Assembly: GCA_965221775.1 (NCBI GenBank)
Contig: CBDCSU010000005.1
Span: 768,001 to 832,000 of the forward strand
DNA from: Candidatus Latescibacterota bacterium
GTDB lineage: Bacteria > Latescibacterota > UBA2968 > UBA8231
Reading direction: 5' to 3'
DNA: 64,000 nt
Both the position numbers and the translations under genes were made by a program. The number at the start of each line of letters is the position of its first letter. Positions within the stretch are counted from its first letter, which is position 1. Below the pieces are notes generated by a model. The model was given only the letters and a program-made list of their open reading frames with translations, did no database searches and was not told the origin of the DNA. Shown here in pieces: positions 56,405 through 64,000 of the stretch.

Positions 56405-58774
56405 ATGCCCCGCACCTCGCGCATGACCCAGGTCGGCAAGCGCCGCATCGAGCTGTCCAACCTCGAGAAGGTGCTGTGGCCGGAGGACGGCGTCCTCAAG
56501 GCCGAGATGGTGCGCTACTACCTGGCCATGGCGCCGACGATCCTGGCCCACATCAAGGGGCGGCCCCTGTCGCTGGTGCGCTTCCCCGACGGCATCCACG
56601 GGGAGAGCTTCTTCCAGAAGAACCGCCCCCGGTACAGCCCCGAGTGGCTCGACCACGAGCGCATCGGCGACGACGAGGCCGAGGGCAAGAGCATCGACTA
56701 CGTGGTCGCCTCCGACGAGGCCAGCCTCGTGTGGCTGGCCAACCACGCCGCCATCGAGCTGCACCACGTCCACGCGCGGCGGCCCCACTTCGACCGGCCC
56801 GACTACTTCGTCTTCGACCTCGACCCGCCCGAGGGCACCCCCTTCCCCGAGGTGGCCGCCCTCGCCTTCGAGCTGAAGGACCACCTCGAGTCCTTCGGCT
56901 ATCACACCTTCTGCAAGACCACGGGCCGCAAGGGCATCCACGTGGTGGCGCCCCTGGAGCCGCGCTACGACTTCGGCACCGTCTTCGAGACGGCGAAGGC
57001 CCTGGCCCAACCCTTCGTCAAGGCGCGTCCGGCCACGACCCTGGAGATCCGCCGCGACAAGCGGCCGGACAAGGTGCTGGTCGACGTCTACCGCAACCGG
57101 CGGTCCCAGACGATCGTCGGCGCCTACAGCCTGCGCGGCTCCCCCCGAGCGACGGTGTCCATGCCGGTGACGTGGGAGGAACTGGAGGGGCTCCAGGACC
57201 CGCGCGAGCACAACGTCCACACGGCGCGGCAGAAAGTCCTGGAACGCGGCGACCCGTGGGAGGCGATGGCCGCCCACGCCACGCGCCTGCACACCGACCG
57301 CGAGGCGGCGCCCAAGGAGAAGCGGGAGACCGGCGAGTCGCGGACCTACAAGACGCCGGAGCAACTCGAGGAGTACGAGCGCCGGCGCTCCTTCCAGCGC
57401 AGCCCCGAGCCCGCCCCGGGGGTCGAGAGCGGCGAGGGCATGGCCTTCGTCCTGCACCGCCACCACGCCTCGCGCCTGCACTACGACCTGCGCCTGGAGC
57501 AGGACGGGGCGCTGCGCTCCTGGGCCGTCCCCAAGGGCCTGCCGCCGCGGCCCGGGGTCAAGCGTCTGGCGGTGAACGTGGAGGACCACCCCCTGGAGTA
57601 CCTCACCTTCGAGGGCGAGATCCCCAAGGGCGAGTACGGCGCCGGCCCCATGTGGGTCTACGCCACCGGCACCTACGTGATCACCCGCGACAAGAAGGAC
57701 GCCTCCTTCTACTTCCGCCTGCAGTCGAAGCAGCTCACCGCCGAGTACCGGCTGATCAACACGCGCGGCAAGGACTGGCTGCTCGAGCGGGTCGACGCGC
57801 CCCAGGTCGACTGGCTGCAGCAGCCCCCCGGGCCGATGCTCGCCGAGAGCCAGGACGACGTGCCCGCCGGCGGCGACTGGCTCCACGAGGTCAAGTGGGA
57901 CGGCATCCGCGCCACGATCGCCATCGACGACGGCCAGGTATGCATCCGCACGCGCCCCGGAAAGGACGTGACCGCCCACTTCCCGGAGCTGGGCCGGACG
58001 GAGGAGGAGCTGCATGCCAACGGCGCCGTCCTCGACGGCGAGATCGTCTGCCTCGACGACGCCGGGCGCCCGGTCTTCACCGACGTCATGGGCCGCATCC
58101 ACGCCCGCGGCGAGAGGGCGGTGGAGAAGGCGAGGGCGGGGAACCCGGCGGTCTGCTACCTCTTCGACTGCCTCTACCTCGACGGCCGGCCGGTCGTCGA
58201 CGAGCCCCTGGAGCGCCGCCGGGCGTGGGTGGAAGACATCCTGCGCAAGCCGGGCGGCTCTTACCGCCTGAGCCAGGCCTTCGACGACGGCGAGGCCCTC
58301 TTCGCGGCGGCGAAAGATCTTGGGGTAGAAGGAATCGTGGCCAAGGAGCGGGACGCCCGGTACATTCCGGGACAGCGCGCTTCCGCGTGGCGGAAGGTCA
58401 AGGTGCGCAACACCGCGGAGTGCCTGATCGTCGGCTACACCCGCGGCAAGGGCGACCGCAGCCGAACCTTCGGCGCCCTGCACCTGGCCGAGCCCAACGG
58501 GGGCGCGCTGACGTACCGGGGCAAGGTGGGCGGCGGCTTCGACGACCGGAAGCTGGCCGAGGTGCTGGCGCAGCTGCGGAGCCTGCCGGAGGTCGAGCGG
58601 CCCGTGGACGAGAGGCCGCCCGACGACGCCGAGACGACCTGGGTCGAGCCCCGGCTGTACTGCGAGGTGCAGTACGCCAGCCACGCCAACACCGGCGCCC
58701 TGCGCGAGGCCGTCTTCCTGCGCCTGCGGCCCGACCTGACCGATCCCCCCGAGAAAGAGGAGCAAGCCCCATGA
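56405..58774 (+). CDS. ligD: NHEJ DNA ligase D (POL-PE-LIG)
   Basis: POL: SNLEKVLWP, FDLDP, KTTGRKGIH. PE: HASRLHYDLRLE, SWAVPKG, VEDHP. LIG: EVKWDGIR, LDGEI, EGIVAK, WRKVK, LRPD. Confidence 0.96.
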   Translation: MPRTSRMTQVGKRRIELSNLEKVLWPEDGVLKAEMVRYYLAMAPTILAHIKGRPLSLVRFPDGIHGESFFQKNRPRYSPEWLDHERIGDDEAEGKSIDYVVASDEASLVWLANHAAIELHHVHARRPHFDRPDYFVFDLDPPEGTPFPEVAALAFELKDHLESFGYHTFCKTTGRKGIHVVAPLEPRYDFGTVFETAKALAQPFVKARPATTLEIRRDKRPDKVLVDVYRNRRSQTIVGAYSLRGSPRATVSMPVTWEELEGLQDPREHNVHTARQKVLERGDPWEAMAAHATRLHTDREAAPKEKRETGESRTYKTPEQLEEYERRRSFQRSPEPAPGVESGEGMAFVLHRHHASRLHYDLRLEQDGALRSWAVPKGLPPRPGVKRLAVNVEDHPLEYLTFEGEIPKGEYGAGPMWVYATGTYVITRDKKDASFYFRLQSKQLTAEYRLINTRGKDWLLERVDAPQVDWLQQPPGPMLAESQDDVPAGGDWLHEVKWDGIRATIAIDDGQVCIRTRPGKDVTAHFPELGRTEEELHANGAVLDGEIVCLDDAGRPVFTDVMGRIHARGERAVEKARAGNPAVCYLFDCLYLDGRPVVDEPLERRRAWVEDILRKPGGSYRLSQAFDDGEALFAAAKDLGVEGIVAKERDARYIPGQRASAWRKVKVRNTAECLIVGYTRGKGDRSRTFGALHLAEPNGGALTYRGKVGGGFDDRKLAEVLAQLRSLPEVERPVDERPPDDAETTWVEPRLYCEVQYASHANTGALREAVFLRLRPDLTDPPEKEEQAP

Positions 58775-59625
58775 GATCCCTGTGGAAAGGCCATATCCGG
58801 TTCTCCATGGTGACCATCCCCATCCGCCTGTACAACGCCGTCGACTCCGGCTCGAGCCTGCGCTTCAACCAGCTCCACAAGGAGGACAACGGCCGCGTGC
58901 GCTACGAGAAGGTCTGCCGCAGCTGCGGCGAGACCCTCGGCGGCGGCGACATCGTCAAGGGCTACGAGTACGCCCCCGACGAGTACGTGATCGTCGAGGA
59001 CGAGGACTTCGAGAAGGTCAAGGTGAAGAGCTCGAAGATCATCGAGATCGAGGGCTTCGTCAGCACCGGCGAGGTCGACGTGAGCCTCTACGACACCCCC
59101 TACTTCGCCGGCCCCGACGGCGAGGTGGCGGTCAAGGTCTACGCCCTGCTCGCCGGCGCCCTGCGGGAGAGCGGCAAGCTCGGCGTGGGCCGGCTGGTGC
59201 TGCGCGACCGCGAGGACATGGTCCTCATCGGCTGCCAGGAGCAGGGGCTGGTGGTCTACAAAGTCCGCTACCCCCAGTTCCTGCGCAGCGTCGGCGACGT
59301 GCCCGGGCTCGCGGACGGCGAGGTGAGCCCCGAGGAGCTGAAACTGGCCCAGAGCCTGGTCGACTCGATGACGAGGTCGCTGAGCGAGATCGAGATGAAG
59401 GACGCCTACCACGACGCCGTGCGCGAGATGATCGACGCCAAGGTGGCGGGCAAGGAGGTGGTCACCGCCGGCGAGGAGGAGGTCGCTCCCGTGGTCGACA
59501 TCATGACCGCCCTCCAGGAGAGCATCGAGCTGGCCAAGGGCGAGGCCCGGCCCATGGAGCGGGCCACCGGCGAGTCGGCGGAGGAGTCGCAGGGAGAGGA
59601 AGCCGCCGCCAGGAAGACGGCCTGA
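58771..59625 (+). CDS. ku: NHEJ Ku protein
   Basis: MRSLWKGHIRFSMVTIPIRLY, FNQLH, IVKGYE and VVDIMTALQESI. ATGA overlap with ligD. Confidence 0.96.
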   Translation: MRSLWKGHIRFSMVTIPIRLYNAVDSGSSLRFNQLHKEDNGRVRYEKVCRSCGETLGGGDIVKGYEYAPDEYVIVEDEDFEKVKVKSSKIIEIEGFVSTGEVDVSLYDTPYFAGPDGEVAVKVYALLAGALRESGKLGVGRLVLRDREDMVLIGCQEQGLVVYKVRYPQFLRSVGDVPGLADGEVSPEELKLAQSLVDSMTRSLSEIEMKDAYHDAVREMIDAKVAGKEVVTAGEEEVAPVVDIMTALQESIELAKGEARPMERATGESAEESQGEEAAARKTA

Positions 59626-59627
59626 GG

Positions 59628-60296
59628 ATGGCGAAGATCCTGCGCTTCCCGGGGGCCCCGGCGCCCGGCGGGGACCCGTCGCGACGGCCCTCGACCCTCG
59701 GCCTCACGCGGGTGCGGCGCCGGCGGCGGGGCGGCTCACGGGACCAGATGGACCTCTTCGCCGGCCGCCCGCCGTCGACGGAGGTGCTGCCCTTCCCGGG
59801 GGCGGCGGCCGCCTCCTTCGAGCAGGCCCTGGCCCTCGACGAGGCCGGCCGGGGGGACGCCGCCCGCGCCGGGTACCTGACCTGCATCGAGGCCGGCGAC
59901 AGCGTCCCCGACGCCTGGTGCAACCTCGGGATCCTGGAGTTCACCGGAGGCGATTCCCGCCAGGCCTTCGACTGCTTCCGCCAGGCCCTGAAGCAGGACC
60001 CCCGCCACTGGGAGTCGCACTACAACCTGGGCAACCTGTTCTTCGAGGAGGACCAGCACGACTCGGCGCGCATCCACTGGGAGCTGGCGGCCGGCGTCGA
60101 GCCGGAGTTCCCCAACGTCCACTACAACCTCGGCCTGGTGCTGGGTCTGCAGAAGGAGTATGCCGCGGCGGTCTCGGCGGTGGAGCGGTTCTGCGGGCTG
60201 GCGTCCGAGGCCGAGGCCGAAGCCGCCGCCGAGCTGCTCCGCACCCTGCGGGCGTCGCGGATCCACGGCGAGGCGCGCACCTCGCCGGCCGACTGA
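59628..60296 (+). CDS. TPR-repeat protein with disordered N-terminus
   Basis: AWCNLG, SHYNLG and VHYNLG repeats. It starts 2 nt after the ku stop. Confidence 0.85.
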   Translation: MAKILRFPGAPAPGGDPSRRPSTLGLTRVRRRRRGGSRDQMDLFAGRPPSTEVLPFPGAAAASFEQALALDEAGRGDAARAGYLTCIEAGDSVPDAWCNLGILEFTGGDSRQAFDCFRQALKQDPRHWESHYNLGNLFFEEDQHDSARIHWELAAGVEPEFPNVHYNLGLVLGLQKEYAAAVSAVERFCGLASEAEAEAAAELLRTLRASRIHGEARTSPAD

Positions 60297-60317
60297 CCGC
60301 GGGAGCCGCGGGGCCGG

Positions 60318-61898
60318 TCAGTTGACCCGCCTCTCCCGGCCCTCCCACTCCTTCTCGCGCAGCACGAACTTCTGCACCTTGCCCGTCGAGGTCTTCGGCA
60401 GCTCGCCGAACTCGACGGCCGCCGGGCACTTGAAGTGGGCCAGGCGCTCGCGGCAGAAGTCGATGATCCCGCTCTCGCTCACCCCGCCGCCGGCCTTCAG
60501 GGTGACGAACGCCTTGGGCCGCTCCCCCCACTTGTCGTCGGGCACGGCGATGACGGCGCACTCGAGCACCTCGGGATGGCGGGCCACGGTCTGCTCGACC
60601 TCGATGGTGGAGATGTTCTCGCCCCCGGAGATGATGATGTCCTTGGCGCGGTCGCGGATCTCGACGTAGCCGTCGGGGTGGCGCACCCCCAGGTCGCCGG
60701 AGTGGAACCAGCCGCCGCGGAAGGCCTCGGCCGTGGCCTCCGGCTGATCGAAATACTCTTTCATGACGATGTTGCCGCGCATGACCACCTCGCCCATGGT
60801 CTGCCCGTCGCGCGGCACATCCTCCCCCTCCTCGTCGACGACGCGGATCTCGTCGGAGACCACGTAGCCCTGCCCCTGGCGGGCCAGTTGCCGCGCCTGC
60901 TCGTCGGCGGGCAGGCCGTCCCACTCCTCCTGCCAGGCGCAGACCGAGGTCGGTCCGTAGGTCTCGGTGAGGCCGTACACGTGGATGGGGCGGATGTCGT
61001 GCTCCTGGAGCTGGCCCAGCAGCGTCGGCGACGGCGGCGCCCCGGCGATGACGGCGGTGACCCGGCGCCCGAGGGGGCGCGCCGCCGGGTGGGCGAGGAG
61101 GTTGATGTGGACGGTGGGGGCGCCGCAGTAGTGGGTGACGCCCTCGGCTTCGAGGAGCTGCCAGATGCGCCCGGGATCGACCTGGCGCAGGCAGACGTGG
61201 GTGCCGGCCATGGCGGTCACCGCCCAGGTGAAGCACCAGCCGTTGCAGTGGAACATGGGCAGGGTCCACAGGTAGACGGTGTCGAAGGTCATGCCCGTCT
61301 CCACGACCTCGCCGAGGGCGTTGAGGTAGGCGCCGCGGTGGGTGTAGACGACTCCCTTGGGCCGGCCGGTGGTGCCGGAGGTGTAGTTCATGGAGATCGG
61401 CTCCTCCTCGTCCTCGAGCACCGGCGGCGGGTCCTCCTCGGAGCCGCGGGCGAGGAAGGCCTCGTAGGGATCGTCGGGGGCGCCGGTGTCGGCGATGCGC
61501 ACCACCTGCATCGCCGCCAGGTCGAGGGGCTCCACGAGGTGGGCGAGGGCCTCGTCGACGAAGAGGAAGCGCGCCCCGGAGTGCTCGAGGATGTAGCCGA
61601 TCTCGCCGCTGTCCAGGCGGGTGTTGACGGCGACGAGCACGCCGCCGGCGGCGGGCACGGCGAAGTGGGCCTCGAGCAGGGCCGGCGTATTCGGCGACAG
61701 GAAGGCGACGCGCTCCCCCTTGCGGAGGCCGGCGCCGCGCAGGGCCCAGGCGAGGCGGTTCACGCGGGTCTCGACCGCGGCGTAGGTGAAGCGGCGCTCG
61801 CCGTGGACGACGGCGGTCTTCCCCGGAAAGACGCGGGCGCTGCGCCGCAGGAAGTCCACGGGCGTCAGCTCGGTGCGGTAGACCTTGTCGGCGCTCAT
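60318..61898 (-). CDS. Acyl-CoA synthetase (AMP-binding)
   Basis: [43 protein letters not shown] and LPKTSTGK. Confidence 0.95.
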   Translation of the reverse strand: MSADKVYRTELTPVDFLRRSARVFPGKTAVVHGERRFTYAAVETRVNRLAWALRGAGLRKGERVAFLSPNTPALLEAHFAVPAAGGVLVAVNTRLDSGEIGYILEHSGARFLFVDEALAHLVEPLDLAAMQVVRIADTGAPDDPYEAFLARGSEEDPPPVLEDEEEPISMNYTSGTTGRPKGVVYTHRGAYLNALGEVVETGMTFDTVYLWTLPMFHCNGWCFTWAVTAMAGTHVCLRQVDPGRIWQLLEAEGVTHYCGAPTVHINLLAHPAARPLGRRVTAVIAGAPPSPTLLGQLQEHDIRPIHVYGLTETYGPTSVCAWQEEWDGLPADEQARQLARQGQGYVVSDEIRVVDEEGEDVPRDGQTMGEVVMRGNIVMKEYFDQPEATAEAFRGGWFHSGDLGVRHPDGYVEIRDRAKDIIISGGENISTIEVEQTVARHPEVLECAVIAVPDDKWGERPKAFVTLKAGGGVSESGIIDFCRERLAHFKCPAAVEFGELPKTSTGKVQKFVLREKEWEGRERRVN

Positions 61899-63025
61899 GA
61901 ACTGCCCTCCCCCGCCGCCTCCCGGCGCCAGCGCTCCAGGGGGTGCTCGCGCGGCGTCAGGGGCATCTCCACCCGGGCCCGCCGCCGGTGCGACTCGTAG
62001 GTGGCGTGGATCATCTCCAGGCCGTCGCGCCCGTCGGCGCCGCTCGACAGCGGCTCCCGGCCCTGGGCCGCCGCCTCGATCAGGTCCCGCAGCATGAGCC
62101 GCTGCAGGAACCGCCGCTTCGACTCCCGGTCCCGCGGATTCCCCGCCTCGTCGAGGTCCTCCTCGGGCAGGGGGACCGGCTCCCAGGCGTCGGCGGGCCC
62201 CATGTGCGCCCCCCGGTGGAGGAACATCCTGGTGCCGACGCTGTGGCGCAGGGCGATGCGGCCCTCGGTGCCGACGATGTCGAGGCCGTAGTTGCGGTCG
62301 TCGGTCTCCCTCTCGGCGGCGAACCCCGCGTCGGCGTGGACGCCGCCGCGGAAGCGCAGGCTCACGAAGGCGCGCTCGCCGAGGACGAGCCCCGCGTCGC
62401 GGTCCCGCGGGTCCACCTCCTGGGTGCGGCGGATGTCGGCGAGACCCGACTCGCGGCCGTCGAGCTGGGTCAGGTGGCCGTGGAGCCACTCCACGCCGCC
62501 GCCGAAGAGGCGCAGCCAGTCGTAGAGGTGGGTGCCCATCTCCATCAGCTCGTTGCCGGCCCTGCGGCCCCCCTTGTTGGCGGCCTGCAGGCGGATCACG
62601 CGGCCGATGCGGCCGGTCTCGATCCACTCCTTCGCATGGCGGTTGTACGGACTCGCCCGCTTGATGTGGTTGATGGCCAGCTTGACGCCGTGCTCCCGGC
62701 AGGCGGCGACCATGCCGTCGGCCTGCACCAGGTCGAGGGCGATCGGCTTCTCGCAGAACACGTGGATGCCGCGGCCGGCGGCGGCCAGGACCGGCGCCTC
62801 GTGCAGGGGCGCCTGGGTGGCGATGACGGCCACGTCCGGGGCGGTCTCGTCGAGGAGACGCTCGTAGTCGTCGAAGACGGGGGCGCCGTGGCGCTCGCCC
62901 CAGGCGCGTCCGCGTTCGGCATCGATCTCGGCGCCGCCCACCAGCTCGCAGCCCGGCTCCTCCCGAATCGCCTCGGCGTGGTGGTGGCCCATGCCGCCCA
63001 GTCCGATGACGGCGACGCGGGTCAC
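61895..63025 (-). CDS. Gfo/Idh/MocA-family oxidoreductase
   Basis: VIGLGGMG, HVFCEKPIA and LMEMGTHLYD. Confidence 0.92.
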   Translation of the reverse strand: MTRVAVIGLGGMGHHHAEAIREEPGCELVGGAEIDAERGRAWGERHGAPVFDDYERLLDETAPDVAVIATQAPLHEAPVLAAAGRGIHVFCEKPIALDLVQADGMVAACREHGVKLAINHIKRASPYNRHAKEWIETGRIGRVIRLQAANKGGRRAGNELMEMGTHLYDWLRLFGGGVEWLHGHLTQLDGRESGLADIRRTQEVDPRDRDAGLVLGERAFVSLRFRGGVHADAGFAAERETDDRNYGLDIVGTEGRIALRHSVGTRMFLHRGAHMGPADAWEPVPLPEEDLDEAGNPRDRESKRRFLQRLMLRDLIEAAAQGREPLSSGADGRDGLEMIHATYESHRRRARVEMPLTPREHPLERWRREAAGEGSS

Positions 63026-63086
63026 GAGTCAGCCTCGCGCTTCCGGCGCACGGATCCAGTCATCCGTCACTCTCCTCTCTCCGGGC

Positions 63087-64000
63087 TCACTCGGCGGCCA
63101 GGCGCGTCATTGCGGAACCCACCCCCCCGGCCCGGTGCGGGACCCCGGCCAGGGCCAGGCCCATCTCCACGCCGCAGAGGGCGGCCGCCACCTGCAGGTC
63201 GTTCACCGACCCGAGATGGCCGATGCGGAAGACGCGCCCCTCCAGGGGGCCCAGCCCGGTGCCGAGGGACAGGTCGAAACGCTCGAGGATCACCCGCCGC
63301 AGCTCGTCGGCGTCGGAGCCCTCCGGCACGCGGACGGCGGTCAGGGTGGGCGAGCGCGCCTCTTCGCGGCGGCAGAACAGCTCCAGCCCCCAGCCGTCGA
63401 CGGCGGCGTGGACGGCCCCGGACAGGCGGCGGTGGCGGGCATACACCGCGGGCAGGCCCTCGGCGGCGAGCAGGTCCAGGGCGGCGTCCAGCCCGAAGAG
63501 CAGGGGGACGGCCGGCGTGTACGGGAAGAAGCCCCGCTCCTCCGCCTCCAGCAGCGGACCCCAGTCCCAGTAGGCGCGCGGCAGCCCGGCCCGCCTCGAG
63601 GCGGCCAGGGCCTTCTCGCCGACGGCGTTGAACCCGAGGCCGGGGGGCAGCATGAGGCCCTTCTGCGAGCCGGCGACGGTGACGTCCACCCCCCAGTCGT
63701 CGTGGCGGTAGTCGGCGGCCCCGAGGGAGGAGACCACGTCGACGAGCAGCAGCGCCCCGTGGCCGGCGTCGTCCAGGGCCCGGCGCAGGGTGGCGACGTC
63801 GCTCAGGACGCCGGTGGAGGTCTCGTTGTGCAGGGCCAGGACGGCGCGGATCCGCCCGTCGCCGTCGGCGGCGAGACGTTCCTCCAGGCGCCGCGGATCG
63901 ACGGGATCGCGCCAGTCGCAGCCCAGCCGCTCCACGGTGAGGCCCAGGCGCCGGGCGACCTCGCCCCAGAGGCGGGCGAAGTGGCCGTTGTCGCAGCACA
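63087..64000 (-). CDS. Class V aminotransferase (serine/alanine-glyoxylate type), 5'-partial
   Basis: NGHFARLW, HNETSTG, VDVVSS, GSQKGLMLPPG, PYTP and FRIGHLG. Confidence 0.93.
   Translation of the reverse strand, partial: CCDNGHFARLWGEVARRLGLTVERLGCDWRDPVDPRRLEERLAADGDGRIRAVLALHNETSTGVLSDVATLRRALDDAGHGALLLVDVVSSLGAADYRHDDWGVDVTVAGSQKGLMLPPGLGFNAVGEKALAASRRAGLPRAYWDWGPLLEAEERGFFPYTPAVPLLFGLDAALDLLAAEGLPAVYARHRRLSGAVHAAVDGWGLELFCRREEARSPTLTAVRVPEGSDADELRRVILERFDLSLGTGLGPLEGRVFRIGHLGSVNDLQVAAALCGVEMGLALAGVPHRAGGVGSAMTRLAAE

Noticed and set aside
1008-63631. Many long ORFs antisense or off-frame to real genes (e.g. 1008-2954+, 10910-13315+, 56219-58765-, 61943-63631+)
   Set aside because: These are shadow ORFs expected at very high GC. 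They are Arg/Gly/Pro-rich or mirror the codon pattern of motif-bearing genes.
1-64000. CRISPR array, integron attC array, tRNA, IS or prophage genes
   Set aside because: By eye I saw no regularly spaced repeat-spacer units, cloverleaf or T-loop motifs, transposase/integrase motifs or phage structural genes.

Overview
A very GC-rich, gene-dense bacterial window of about 60 CDS, mostly on the minus strand. I found no rRNA, tRNA, CRISPR array, transposase or integrase. The gene content (PorV-like barrel, proteins with a FlgD-Ig/T9SS-type C-terminus, many PhyH dioxygenases, amidohydrolases, Gfo/Idh/MocA enzymes, a sulfatase) suggests an FCB-group organism such as Ca. Latescibacterota or Gemmatimonadota; this is inference only. 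The backbone is catabolic and transport genes (peptide ABC, sugar ABC, PL10 pectate lyase, sulfatase), a hemY/G-hemA-ccsA/hemX cluster, msrB and an NHEJ operon (ligD-ku-TPR). Small accessory modules are interspersed: an XRE-ImmA/IrrE plus DUF4411 PIN pair, an OLD-like ABC-ATPase/TOPRIM gene, an AAA+/DUF4143 gene, a convergent Type II R-M pair and a vapBC pair. The strongest sequence-level signals are: (i) two homologous, covarying 41-bp palindromes bracketing the AAA+/DUF4143 gene, the second just upstream of the restriction gene; (ii) an exact 22-bp direct repeat flanking vapBC; (iii) a structured element with a 14-nt anti-SD complement, a 12-codon ORF, hairpins and a terminator; (iv) two secreted tandem-Cache proteins with a shared T9SS-like tail and no signalling domain; (v) a TPR protein with a beta-clamp-like QMDLF motif at the end of the NHEJ operon; (vi) a 77-bp junction duplication that creates a translationally coupled chimeric mini-ORF. 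Family calls come from motif recognition, not database searches, and many start codons were re-picked from the ORF track.
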